From contig OZ024740.1 in assembly GCA_964016885.1 (NCBI GenBank), positions 307,334,001-307,398,000 of the forward strand: a stretch of 64,000 bases of DNA. The letters run 5' to 3'. The stretch's first letter is position 1. Every line of letters starts with the position of its first letter. The translations under genes were made by a program, and so were the position numbers. The DNA is from Eledone cirrhosa (taxonomy: Eukaryota). The notes beneath the pieces are model-generated. The model saw only the letters and a list, made by a program, of their open reading frames with translations. It made no database searches and had not been told where the DNA came from. Shown in pieces: positions 1-11,188 of the stretch.

Positions 1-2667
1 CCAGAGTTCTGTGTCTAATACAGGTAGTCTATTGTTAGGGTGTTTGGAAGGGAAGTCTATAGTTACAGTTATACTCTGGTGTATGGAATTAGCTATCTGC
101 TGGATGCTTTCCATCGTGCTACGTTCTAAATCAAACTTGTTAGTGCTCTCTAGTGGGGGTGTTCTTATAACTATATTGATATCGTCTACATAACGAGAGT
201 ACATGATGAGGTCTATGGAGCTTTCATTAAGGAGATCTTTAAGTCTCCTTTCCCACCATACCATGAAAAGGTTGGCAACATCGCCAGCTATGCTGACGCC
301 GATGGCTGCTCCCTCATTTTGGGTGTAGATTTTCTCATTGAACTTAAATATGTGGCCCTTTAGGGTAGTTTTGATACTAGCCCCTATTGCATGTGCGACC
401 ATTTTTCTTACCTGATCAGTGTTTTGGGGGGTCCGTATAGCTTTGGTCCACCCAATCCACCTTCCTATGGGAGTCTTTTTAGCCATTGAGGTTATGGTGG
501 GGGGTCTACCTCTTATAGGTCTACTAGGGCAGAAACATCTAAGGTCATGGCTGTCTAGGTAGTCAGTGTCGTAGGTAAGTCTAAGTAGGAGGCCCAGTTC
601 GTCTGTGTCGACGTCGCAGAACTCCACCTCACTCTCAATGATCATCTCCACACATCTTTTCACAGCAAAATCAATGTTAATGGATGGGTACAGTGACACC
701 ACATCCATGCTGCCTATTATGCAGTTGGATAGGCTCCTGTTTTTGTTGCACTCACTGATTCTGCTGAGGAGGTCCTCTGTACTTTCACATACATCTGGGG
801 ACATCTTGATTATGGGGCGTATAACCATTGAGAGGAAGTAGGAGATCCTGTAGTTGCTAGCTATATTAGCTCCGCATACAGGTCTTGTTGGTGGTCCTGT
901 TGTCGGGTCGTCGACTGTCTTGTGGTCTTTGCGGAGCCCATACAAGGGTGGTATGCCATTGTTAGACGCCTGGAAGTTGTTGGCAGTGCGTCTGCTTGGC
1001 TTTAGGATGTCAGTCCACATCATCATGTGAGCGTTGAGGATTTTTTCTCTCCCATCGTGTGTTAGTTGTGCAACTTCGCTCGTGTTGGTGATGTGGGGTT
1101 GCATTGCCTCGATGTAGTTCGGCATGCTATCTATTGACATCCTACCAGACTTATCTGTGGGTAGACACACTACCTCACCATCCCTTGTGCGCTGCTTGAG
1201 GCTAACCAAGCCTTCTACAGGTTTTATCCCAAGTTGTTGGGCCTCTGGTCTGCTCTGTCTCATAGTGTACCTGTCTACTACTTGTCTAATCTTATTTCTA
1301 GCTATCGTGAACTGTGCCTCCGTCTCGTCATCTATTTGTTGTGGTATGCAAACTCTTTTATTAAAGGGTAACCTCGTAGGATAGATATTACCCATCTTAT
1401 ATGTTTTGTCAGCTGGGTTGAAAAATAGTTTCTCTAAGGGGTTGTCGTTATTTCTATCGTCATAGTTGTGTGTGTTGCTATTATTATTATCATGGTGGTT
1501 GTTGTTGTTTCTATCATTAGCTTTAATATTATTATTGTTATGATTGCTAGATGTATTGTTGTTTACTTCACCGTTATTGTTGTTGTTGTTACTGCTATTT
1601 CTACCATTGTGGTTGTTACTATTATTATGTTTCTTGTTTTTGTTGATGTTGCTACATGTACTATTTCCATTATTACCACTGTGGTTATTGTTGTTGTTGT
1701 TGTTCGTATTGTTACCGTTATTACTACTGTGGTCACTGTTGCTGTGTCTGTGGTTAACGTTTCTATTATTATTATTATTGTGGTTGTTGTTGTTCTGTCT
1801 ATCGCTAGTATTATTACCATTATCACTATTTCTCACTTTCCTGCCATTGTTATGGTTATGGCTGTTATTTCTATACCCAGAGTTATTGTTTATATTACTA
1901 CTACCGTTATTATTGTTGTTGTTGTTTACCTTTGCATTCCAACGTATTTTTGTGAAACACTTTTCCAGTTCAGTTTTGCATTCCATAGGGTTAATCTTTT
2001 TGTAGATGGCAAATTTTGGTGGTAACTTTAGGATTTGTTGTTCTTGTTCACTGATTAAAGTGTTCCCATAGATATTTACTGTGTGGTCATTGGTAAATTC
2101 TTCCGGTAGTTTTACATCACTCATACGGATGTTGTCGATGTTATCTGGGTATTTTTGAGAATATTCGATTTTCCTTTCTTGTAGTTTTTTCTTATTCATC
2201 CATTCTAATTTCTTCTTGAAATGCCTACAGCATTCGTTTTGAGCATATTTCGTTTCGCGTCGGATGACGCTCATGAAGTCATCTCTCTCGTTTGCTGTGA
2301 TGAGATTTCGGATTTCCTTACCGTTGATGCGTTTTTGTCTGTAGAGTGCGTTGACTTTTGTGTATGTTGTTCTTTTCATATTAACTGTTATTGTGTGTTT
2401 TAGCCGTTCAGCTTGTGTTTTGTTCAATAATAAATTATTTACTTGTTTTGATATGTTTGTTGTGTATGTTTTGGAGGAAACACAGTGTTTTAAGAAGCGG
2501 ATTTGTTCTGTTGTTATTGTAGTTTTTATATAACAGAAAACAGTGTCTTTCAATAACCTTTCAGCTTGGCACAAGCTAATGCCATAGCGGCGATGAATTA
2601 GTTTTGCGAGGTTTTTTATATGAAATCGTGTGTCGAAACAGATATTGTTATATTTGGGGAGGGTCAT
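1..2667 (-). CDS. PLE RT-GIY-YIG polyprotein, N-terminal part through RT (continues beyond window start)
   Basis: ATG at 2667; mirrors 7072-9738; no stop before position 1, so absent from the ORF track. Confidence 0.9.
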   Translation of the reverse strand, partial: MTLPKYNNICFDTRFHIKNLAKLIHRRYGISLCQAERLLKDTVFCYIKTTITTEQIRFLKHCVSSKTYTTNISKQVNNLLLNKTQAERLKHTITVNMKRTTYTKVNALYRQKRINGKEIRNLITANERDDFMSVIRRETKYAQNECCRHFKKKLEWMNKKKLQERKIEYSQKYPDNIDNIRMSDVKLPEEFTNDHTVNIYGNTLISEQEQQILKLPPKFAIYKKINPMECKTELEKCFTKIRWNAKVNNNNNNNGSSNINNNSGYRNNSHNHNNGRKVRNSDNGNNTSDRQNNNNHNNNNNRNVNHRHSNSDHSSNNGNNTNNNNNNNHSGNNGNSTCSNINKNKKHNNSNNHNGRNSSNNNNNNGEVNNNTSSNHNNNNIKANDRNNNNHHDNNNSNTHNYDDRNNDNPLEKLFFNPADKTYKMGNIYPTRLPFNKRVCIPQQIDDETEAQFTIARNKIRQVVDRYTMRQSRPEAQQLGIKPVEGLVSLKQRTRDGEVVCLPTDKSGRMSIDSMPNYIEAMQPHITNTSEVAQLTHDGREKILNAHMMMWTDILKPSRRTANNFQASNNGIPPLYGLRKDHKTVDDPTTGPPTRPVCGANIASNYRISYFLSMVIRPIIKMSPDVCESTEDLLSRISECNKNRSLSNCIIGSMDVVSLYPSINIDFAVKRCVEMIIESEVEFCDVDTDELGLLLRLTYDTDYLDSHDLRCFCPSRPIRGRPPTITSMAKKTPIGRWIGWTKAIRTPQNTDQVRKMVAHAIGASIKTTLKGHIFKFNEKIYTQNEGAAIGVSIAGDVANLFMVWWERRLKDLLNESSIDLIMYSRYVDDINIVIRTPPLESTNKFDLERSTMESIQQIANSIHQSITVTIDFPSKHPNNRLPVLDTELW

Positions 2668-2848
2668 ATTTGCGTAATATTGCCAGAATTAATAACAGAA
2701 CACACTCACTGTTTGGTTGGTTTTCGCTTCTCGCTGTCTTTTATATATATATATCTGCGATCTAACTTACTCGGTCCTCAATGTTGCCATTGACTGACCG
2801 GCGGTCAAAAATAAAATAATACAGATACAATATAGACAAACACATATA

Positions 2849-2906
2849 TATATAGTTTACATAAATCTTTCGTTGCACATCTGCAACATCGTCAGTGGTG
2901 TTATAT
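2849..2906 (-). ncRNA. Hammerhead ribozyme, inverted arm
   Basis: Reverse-complement copy; CTGACGA at 2895-2889. Confidence 0.75.
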
Positions 2907-3151
2907 TCATTGTTCCTCCTGTTGTGTTGTATGTCTACGCCATTTTTTTTGTTCAGTCCGTCTATATATTTATTTATTTGTTTGCTTGTTTGTTTATCTT
3001 ATTTTATTTTGTCTTCTTTGCGCATGCGTTTGCGTGTGTGATGTGTGACTAGTGTGTATAGTGTTGTGTCTGCTGGGTGACTAGTGTGTGTTTATGTGCT
3101 TGTGTATGTATTTATTTATCTTATTTTATTTAATTTAATTTACTTATTTAT

Positions 3152-5294
3152 TTACACTTCTCTTAGGTCAGTGTTGTTTGTTTGGGTGTTGTTGTTGTTC
3201 CACTCATTCTTTCTGTTTAGCTTTGGTCTTCTAATTTCTATTTCACTGGCCTCTCTGATTTGCCTATCTGCTGGGTCATTCCTATGTTTAGATATTATTC
3301 TAATTTCTATGTTGTCTATGTTACCGTCATGATGTTGTCTAGCATGTTCGTATAGTACTGACCCGTTTTTTTCGTCCTTTTAGTTCCCCCCAGTGTTGGT
3401 CTATCCTTTCACCTATGCTACGAGCTGTCTCACCTATGTATGTTGTTGTCGTGTTTCTACAAGTACCCTCTGTACATCTTATGCTATAGACTACGTTTCT
3501 AGTTTTACAGTTTATCCGGGGGTTCACCTTACATATGATACATTTCCTATTGGTACAGTGGGTTTTCTTAAAAGGGTAGGTTTTGCTGATCAGGGATTTT
3601 ATGGTGGTTCCTGGCTTTTCTACCACCTTTATTTTTAAGTGGGTCTTTCTCAGGGCCTTTCTACACTGGTTAGCTAATTTCCCTCCAGGGGTGGCGTCCA
3701 CAAACATGACACTCTGATATCTCTGGTTGTCGTACCATGATGTGGCCTTCCCTATCTTATGTCTAGCCCTATCTAAGCTATTCCATGATTTGCTCCTGTA
3801 TAGTGGGCAAATTCCTTTCATGTCCAGTTCTATGAGGGTCTTATACTTTTCCATGGCTCCTTCGTATACTCTGACTCTGTCTCTTTGGTTGTAGCCAGAG
3901 AACTGCATGCGGTTGATGAAGTGTTGGATGTGTCCTTCCATTTCTGTTGGGTCGCACATGCTGGACACATTCTTCATCACTCGTACCAAATCTGCGATCA
4001 GAATATTAAACTTAGCACTACTGGACATTGCTGAGTTTTTGAGTATCAGGTATTTGGAGGCCATGGGTTTAGCATAGTGTGAGTGGAGAATTTGGGCTCT
4101 CTCGTCTATAGTGTTAATCCAGAGTTCTGTGTCTAATACAGGTAGTCTATTGTTAGGGTGTTTGGAAGGGAAGTCTATAGTTACAGTTATACTCTGGTGT
4201 ATGGAATTAGCTATCTGCTGGATGCTTTCCATCGTGCTACGTTCTAAATCAAACTTGTTAGTGCTCTCTAGTGGGGGTGTTCTTATAACTATATTGATAT
4301 CGTCTACATAACGAGAGTACATGATGAGGTCTATGGAGCTTTCATTAAGGAGATCTTTAAGTCTCCTTTCCCACCATACCATGAAAAGGTTGGCAACATC
4401 GCCAGCTATGCTGACGCCGATGGCTGCTCCCTCATTTTGGGTGTAGATTTTCTCATTGAACTTAAATATGTGGCCCTTTAGGGTAGTTTTGATACTAGCC
4501 CCTATTGCATGTGCGACCATTTTTCTTACCTGATCAGTGTTTTGGGGGGTCCGTATAGCTTTGGTCCACCCAATCCACCTTCCTATGGGAGTCTTTTTAG
4601 CCATTGAGGTTATGGTGGGGGGTCTACCTCTTATAGGTCTACTAGGGCAGAAACATCTAAGGTCATGGCTGTCTAGGTAGTCAGTGTCGTAGGTAAGTCT
4701 AAGTAGGAGGCCCAGTTCGTCTGTGTCGACGTCGCAGAACTCCACCTCACTCTCAATGATCATCTCCACACATCTTTTCACAGCAAAATCAATGTTAATG
4801 GATGGGTACAGTGACACCACATCCATGCTGCCTATTATGCAGTTGGATAGGCTCCTGTTTTTGTTGCACTCACTGATTCTGCTGAGGAGGTCCTCTGTAC
4901 TTTCACATACATCTGGGGACATCTTGATTATGGGGCGTATAACCATTGAGAGGAAGTAGGAGATCCTGTAGTTGCTAGCTATATTAGCTCCGCATACAGG
5001 TCTTGTTGGTGGTCCTGTTGTCGGGTCGTCGACTGTCTTGTGGTCTTTGCGGAGCCCATACAAGGGTGGTATGCCATTGTTAGACGCCTGGAAGTTGTTG
5101 GCAGTGCGTCTGCTTGGCTTTAGGATGTCAGTCCACATCATCATGTGAGCGTTGAGGATTTTTTCTCTCCCATCGTGTGTTAGTTGTGCAACTTCGCTCG
5201 TGTTGGTGATGTGGGGTTGCATTGCCTCGATGTAGTTCGGCATGCTATCTATTGACATCCTACCAGACTTATCTGTGGGTAGACACACTACCTC
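3152..5294 (-). pseudogene. 5'-truncated PLE ORF (RT + GIY-YIG) with a +1 frameshift in an A7 run
   Basis: Starts at EVVCLPTDKS; T7 at 3366-3372 versus A6 in the other copies shifts the endonuclease C-terminus (ORF track 3339-5303). Confidence 0.85.
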
Positions 5295-6587
5295 TACACC
5301 CAAAATGAGGGAGCAGCCATCGGCGTCAGCATAGCTGGCGATGTTGCCAACCTTTTCATGGTATGGTGGGAAAGGAGACTTAAAGATCTCCTTAATGAAA
5401 GCTCCATAGACCTCATCATGTACTCTCGTTATGTAGACGATATCAATATAGTTATAAGAACACCCCCACTAGAGAGCACTAACAAGTTTGATTTAGAACG
5501 TAGCACGATGGAAAGCATCCAGCAGATAGCTAATTCCATACACCAGAGTATAACTGTAACTATAGACTTCCCTTCCAAACACCCTAACAATAGACTACCT
5601 GTATTAGACACAGAACTCTGGATTAACACTATAGACGAGAGAGCCCAAATTCTCCACTCACACTATGCTAAACCCATGGCCTCCAAATACCTGATACTCA
5701 AAAACTCAGCAATGTCCAGTAGTGCTAAGTTTAATATTCTGATCGCAGATTTGGTACGAGTGATGAAGAATGTGTCCAGCATGTGCGACCCAACAGAAAT
5801 GGAAGGACACATCCAACACTTCATCAACCGCATGCAGTTCTCTGGCTACAACCAAAGAGACAGAGTCAGAGTATACGAAGGAGCCATGGAAAAGTATAAG
5901 ACCCTCATAGAACTGGACATGAAAGGAATTTGCCCACTATACAGGAGCAAATCATGGAATAGCTTAGATAGGGCTAGACATAAGATAGGGAAGGCCACAT
6001 CATGGTACGACAACCAGAGATATCAGAGTGTCATGTTTGTGGACGCCACCCCTGGAGGGAAATTAGCTAACCAGTGTAGAAAGGCCCTGAGAAAGACCCA
6101 CTTAAAAATAAAGGTGGTAGAAAAGCCAGGAACCACCATAAAATCCCTGATCAGCAAAACCTACCCTTTTAAGAAAACCCACTGTACCAATAGGAAATGT
6201 ATCATATGTAAGGTGAACCCCCGGATAAACTGTAAAACTAGAAACGTAGTCTATAGCATAAGATGTACAGAGGGTACTTGTAGAAACACGACAACAACAT
6301 ACATAGGTGAGACAGCTCGTAGCATAGGTGAAAGGATAGACCAACACTGGGGGGAACTAAAAGGACGAAAAAACGGGTCAGTACTATACGAACATGCTAG
6401 ACAACATCATGACGGTAACATAGACAACATAGAAATTAGAATAATATCTAAACATAGGAATGACCCAGCAGATAGGCAAATCAGAGAGGCCAGTGAAATA
6501 GAAATTAGAAGACCAAAGCTAAACAGAAAGAATGAGTGGAACAACAACAACACCCAAACAAACAACACTGACCTAAGAGAAGTGTAA
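5293..6587 (+). pseudogene. 5'-truncated PLE ORF (RT C-terminal half + GIY-YIG)
   Basis: Begins at YTQNEGAAIG at the inversion junction; same sequence as the C-terminus of the full ORF. Confidence 0.9.
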
Positions 6588-6710
6588 ATAAATAAGTAAA
6601 TTAAATTAAATAAAATAAGATAAATAAATACATACACAAGCACATAAACACACACTAGTCACCCAGCAGACACAACACTATACACACTAGTCACACATCA
6701 CACACGCAAA

Positions 6711-6947
6711 CGCATGCGCAAAGAAGACAAAATAAAATAAGATAAACAAACAAGCAAACAAATAAATAAATATATAGACGGACTGAACAAAAAAAATGGC
6801 GTAGACATACAACACAACAGGAGGAACAATGAATATAACACCACTGACGATGTTGCAGATGTGCAACGAAAGATTTATGTAAACTATATATATATGTGTT
6901 TGTCTATATTGTATCTGTATTATTTTATTTTTGACCGCCGGTCAGTC
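6711..6947 (+). promoter_or_regulatory. Putative pLTR internal promoter (NRF1-like, YY1-like and Inr motifs); repeated in each unit
   Basis: CGCATGCGCA 6711-6720, AAAATGGCG 6793-6801, TCAGTC 6942-6947 just before ATG 6949. Confidence 0.45.
6833..6890 (+). ncRNA. Minimal type I hammerhead ribozyme in the PLE pLTR
   Basis: CTGACGA 6844-6850, extra U, stem II GTTGCA/TGCAAC, GAAA 6868-6871, short stem III AG-AT-TT, likely UUA cleavage at 6877; stem I weak. Confidence 0.75.
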
Positions 6948-6968
6948 AATGGCAACATTGAGGACCGA

Positions 6969-7163
6969 GTAAGTTAGATCGCAGATATATATATATAAAA
7001 GACAGCGAGAAGCGAAAACCAACCAAACAGTGAGTGTGTTCTGTTATTAATTCTGGCAATATTACGCAAATATGACCCTCCCCAAATATAACAATATCTG
7101 TTTCGACACACGATTTCATATAAAAAACCTCGCAAAACTAATTCATCGCCGCTATGGCATTAG
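6969..7163 (+). other. Putative retained spliceosomal intron of the PLE (also 11086-11280)
   Basis: GTAAGT donor, CTAAT branch point at 7138, TAG acceptor; splicing joins ATG 6949 in frame (MATLRTD-LCQAERLL). Confidence 0.65.
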
Positions 7164-10100
7164 CTTGTGCCAAGCTGAAAGGTTATTGAAAGACACTGTT
7201 TTCTGTTATATAAAAACTACAATAACAACAGAACAAATCCGCTTCTTAAAACACTGTGTTTCCTCCAAAACATACACAACAAACATATCAAAACAAGTAA
7301 ATAATTTATTATTGAACAAAACACAAGCTGAACGGCTAAAACACACAATAACAGTTAATATGAAAAGAACAACATACACAAAAGTCAACGCACTCTACAG
7401 ACAAAAACGCATCAACGGTAAGGAAATCCGAAATCTCATCACAGCAAACGAGAGAGATGACTTCATGAGCGTCATCCGACGCGAAACGAAATATGCTCAA
7501 AACGAATGCTGTAGGCATTTCAAGAAGAAATTAGAATGGATGAATAAGAAAAAACTACAAGAAAGGAAAATCGAATATTCTCAAAAATACCCAGATAACA
7601 TCGACAACATCCGTATGAGTGATGTAAAACTACCGGAAGAATTTACCAATGACCACACAGTAAATATCTATGGGAACACTTTAATCAGTGAACAAGAACA
7701 ACAAATCCTAAAGTTACCACCAAAATTTGCCATCTACAAAAAGATTAACCCTATGGAATGCAAAACTGAACTGGAAAAGTGTTTCACAAAAATACGTTGG
7801 AATGCAAAGGTAAACAACAACAACAATAATAACGGTAGTAGTAATATAAACAATAACTCTGGGTATAGAAATAACAGCCATAACCATAACAATGGCAGGA
7901 AAGTGAGAAATAGTGATAATGGTAATAATACTAGCGATAGACAGAACAACAACAACCACAATAATAATAATAATAGAAACGTTAACCACAGACACAGCAA
8001 CAGTGACCACAGTAGTAATAACGGTAACAATACGAACAACAACAACAACAATAACCACAGTGGTAATAATGGAAATAGTACATGTAGCAACATCAACAAA
8101 AACAAGAAACATAATAATAGTAACAACCACAATGGTAGAAATAGCAGTAACAACAACAACAATAACGGTGAAGTAAACAACAATACATCTAGCAATCATA
8201 ACAATAATAATATTAAAGCTAATGATAGAAACAACAACAACCACCATGATAATAATAATAGCAACACACACAACTATGACGATAGAAATAACGACAACCC
8301 CTTAGAGAAACTATTTTTCAACCCAGCTGACAAAACATATAAGATGGGTAATATCTATCCTACGAGGTTACCCTTTAATAAAAGAGTTTGCATACCACAA
8401 CAAATAGATGACGAGACGGAGGCACAGTTCACGATAGCTAGAAATAAGATTAGACAAGTAGTAGACAGGTACACTATGAGACAGAGCAGACCAGAGGCCC
8501 AACAACTTGGGATAAAACCTGTAGAAGGCTTGGTTAGCCTCAAGCAGCGCACAAGGGATGGTGAGGTAGTGTGTCTACCCACAGATAAGTCTGGTAGGAT
8601 GTCAATAGATAGCATGCCGAACTACATCGAGGCAATGCAACCCCACATCACCAACACGAGCGAAGTTGCACAACTAACACACGATGGGAGAGAAAAAATC
8701 CTCAACGCTCACATGATGATGTGGACTGACATCCTAAAGCCAAGCAGACGCACTGCCAACAACTTCCAGGCGTCTAACAATGGCATACCACCCTTGTATG
8801 GGCTCCGCAAAGACCACAAGACAGTCGACGACCCGACAACAGGACCACCAACAAGACCTGTATGCGGAGCTAATATAGCTAGCAACTACAGGATCTCCTA
8901 CTTCCTCTCAATGGTTATACGCCCCATAATCAAGATGTCCCCAGATGTATGTGAAAGTACAGAGGACCTCCTCAGCAGAATCAGTGAGTGCAACAAAAAC
9001 AGGAGCCTATCCAACTGCATAATAGGCAGCATGGATGTGGTGTCACTGTACCCATCCATTAACATTGATTTTGCTGTGAAAAGATGTGTGGAGATGATCA
9101 TTGAGAGTGAGGTGGAGTTCTGCGACGTCGACACAGACGAACTGGGCCTCCTACTTAGACTTACCTACGACACTGACTACCTAGACAGCCATGACCTTAG
9201 ATGTTTCTGCCCTAGTAGACCTATAAGAGGTAGACCCCCCACCATAACCTCAATGGCTAAAAAGACTCCCATAGGAAGGTGGATTGGGTGGACCAAAGCT
9301 ATACGGACCCCCCAAAACACTGATCAGGTAAGAAAAATGGTCGCACATGCAATAGGGGCTAGTATCAAAACTACCCTAAAGGGCCACATATTTAAGTTCA
9401 ATGAGAAAATCTACACCCAAAATGAGGGAGCAGCCATCGGCGTCAGCATAGCTGGCGATGTTGCCAACCTTTTCATGGTATGGTGGGAAAGGAGACTTAA
9501 AGATCTCCTTAATGAAAGCTCCATAGACCTCATCATGTACTCTCGTTATGTAGACGATATCAATATAGTTATAAGAACACCCCCACTAGAGAGCACTAAC
9601 AAGTTTGATTTAGAACGTAGCACGATGGAAAGCATCCAGCAGATAGCTAATTCCATACACCAGAGTATAACTGTAACTATAGACTTCCCTTCCAAACACC
9701 CTAACAATAGACTACCTGTATTAGACACAGAACTCTGGATTAACACTATAGACGAGAGAGCCCAAATTCTCCACTCACACTATGCTAAACCCATGGCCTC
9801 CAAATACCTGATACTCAAAAACTCAGCAATGTCCAGTAGTGCTAAGTTTAATATTCTGATCGCAGATTTGGTACGAGTGATGAAGAATGTGTCCAGCATG
9901 TGCGACCCAACAGAAATGGAAGGACACATCCAACACTTCATCAACCGCATGCAGTTCTCTGGCTACAACCAAAGAGACAGAGTCAGAGTATACGAAGGAG
10001 CCATGGAAAAGTATAAGACCCTCATAGAACTGGACATGAAAGGAATTTGCCCACTATACAGGAGCAAATCATGGAATAGCTTAGATAGGGCTAGACATAA

Positions 10101-10704
10101 GATAGGGAAGGCCACATCATGGTACGACAACCAGAGATATCAGAGTGTCATGTTTGTGGACGCCACCCCTGGAGGGAAATTAGCTAACCAGTGTAGAAAG
10201 GCCCTGAGAAAGACCCACTTAAAAATAAAGGTGGTAGAAAAGCCAGGAACCACCATAAAATCCCTGATCAGCAAAACCTACCCTTTTAAGAAAACCCACT
10301 GTACCAATAGGAAATGTATCATATGTAAGGTGAACCCCCGGATAAACTGTAAAACTAGAAACGTAGTCTATAGCATAAGATGTACAGAGGGTACTTGTAG
10401 AAACACGACAACAACATACATAGGTGAGACAGCTCGTAGCATAGGTGAAAGGATAGACCAACACTGGGGGGAACTAAAAGGACGAAAAAACGGGTCAGTA
10501 CTATACGAACATGCTAGACAACATCATGACGGTAACATAGACAACATAGAAATTAGAATAATATCTAAACATAGGAATGACCCAGCAGATAGGCAAATCA
10601 GAGAGGCCAGTGAAATAGAAATTAGAAGACCAAAGCTAAACAGAAAGAATGAGTGGAACAACAACAACACCCAAACAAACAACACTGACCTAAGAGAAGT
10701 GTAA
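7072..10704 (+). CDS. Penelope-like (Naiad-like) reverse transcriptase-GIY-YIG endonuclease, 1210 aa (about 1186 aa if spliced from ATG 6949)
   Basis: PTDKSG, LYGLRKDHK, RPV, SMDVVSLYPSI, QNEGAAIG, RYVDD and LPVLD RT motifs; long insert between RT motifs 3 and 4; C-x4-C-x2-C-x7-C linker; VVY...YIGET..R...H GIY-YIG domain with RQIREA and LNRKNEW. Confidence 0.96.
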   Translation: MTLPKYNNICFDTRFHIKNLAKLIHRRYGISLCQAERLLKDTVFCYIKTTITTEQIRFLKHCVSSKTYTTNISKQVNNLLLNKTQAERLKHTITVNMKRTTYTKVNALYRQKRINGKEIRNLITANERDDFMSVIRRETKYAQNECCRHFKKKLEWMNKKKLQERKIEYSQKYPDNIDNIRMSDVKLPEEFTNDHTVNIYGNTLISEQEQQILKLPPKFAIYKKINPMECKTELEKCFTKIRWNAKVNNNNNNNGSSNINNNSGYRNNSHNHNNGRKVRNSDNGNNTSDRQNNNNHNNNNNRNVNHRHSNSDHSSNNGNNTNNNNNNNHSGNNGNSTCSNINKNKKHNNSNNHNGRNSSNNNNNNGEVNNNTSSNHNNNNIKANDRNNNNHHDNNNSNTHNYDDRNNDNPLEKLFFNPADKTYKMGNIYPTRLPFNKRVCIPQQIDDETEAQFTIARNKIRQVVDRYTMRQSRPEAQQLGIKPVEGLVSLKQRTRDGEVVCLPTDKSGRMSIDSMPNYIEAMQPHITNTSEVAQLTHDGREKILNAHMMMWTDILKPSRRTANNFQASNNGIPPLYGLRKDHKTVDDPTTGPPTRPVCGANIASNYRISYFLSMVIRPIIKMSPDVCESTEDLLSRISECNKNRSLSNCIIGSMDVVSLYPSINIDFAVKRCVEMIIESEVEFCDVDTDELGLLLRLTYDTDYLDSHDLRCFCPSRPIRGRPPTITSMAKKTPIGRWIGWTKAIRTPQNTDQVRKMVAHAIGASIKTTLKGHIFKFNEKIYTQNEGAAIGVSIAGDVANLFMVWWERRLKDLLNESSIDLIMYSRYVDDINIVIRTPPLESTNKFDLERSTMESIQQIANSIHQSITVTIDFPSKHPNNRLPVLDTELWINTIDERAQILHSHYAKPMASKYLILKNSAMSSSAKFNILIADLVRVMKNVSSMCDPTEMEGHIQHFINRMQFSGYNQRDRVRVYEGAMEKYKTLIELDMKGICPLYRSKSWNSLDRARHKIGKATSWYDNQRYQSVMFVDATPGGKLANQCRKALRKTHLKIKVVEKPGTTIKSLISKTYPFKKTHCTNRKCIICKVNPRINCKTRNVVYSIRCTEGTCRNTTTTYIGETARSIGERIDQHWGELKGRKNGSVLYEHARQHHDGNIDNIEIRIISKHRNDPADRQIREASEIEIRRPKLNRKNEWNNNNTQTNNTDLREV

Positions 10705-10949
10705 ATAAATAAGTAAATTAAATTAAATAAAATAAGATAAATAAATACATACACAAGCACATAAACACACACTAGTCACCCAGCAGACACAACACTATAC
10801 ACACTAGTCACACATCACACACGCAAACGCATGCGCAAAGAAGACAAAATAAAATAAGATAAACAAACAAGCAAACAAATAAATAAATATATAGACGGAC
10901 TGAACAAAAAAAATGGCGTAGACATACAACACAACAGGAGGAACAATGA

Positions 10950-11007
10950 ATATAACACCACTGACGATGTTGCAGATGTGCAACGAAAGATTTATGTAAA
11001 CTATATA
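10950..11007 (+). ncRNA. Hammerhead ribozyme, second unit
   Basis: Identical copy; CTGACGA at 10961. Confidence 0.75.
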
Positions 11008-11188
11008 TATATGTGTTTGTCTATATTGTATCTGTATTATTTTATTTTTGACCGCCGGTCAGTCAATGGCAACATTGAGGACCGAGTAAGTTAGATCGCA
11101 GATATATATATATAAAAGACAGCGAGAAGCGAAAACCAACCAAACAGTGAGTGTGTTCTGTTATTAATTCTGGCAATATTACGCAAAT

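Larger units (their letters stand above)
1..5294 (-). mobile_element. Penelope-like element tandem array, left (inverted) arm: one 5'-truncated copy, the UTR/pLTR, and a next copy running off the window
   Basis: Reverse complement of the + strand units (position x pairs with 9739-x, or 9740-x beyond the 1-bp indel near 3370). Confidence 0.95.

Noticed and set aside
1468-2025. Hydrophobic Val/Ile/Leu ORFs (and copies at 7714 and 11831)
   Set aside because: Antisense or alternative frames of the Asn-rich AAC/AAT tract.
3339-3372. Programmed frameshift giving an alternative endonuclease C-terminus
   Set aside because: Single extra base in a homopolymer in one truncated copy; sequencing error or slippage is more likely.
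7072-10704. Selenoprotein-type Naiad (UGA recoding, SECIS)
   Set aside because: ORF has no in-frame TGA, ends in TAA, and no SECIS was recognised.
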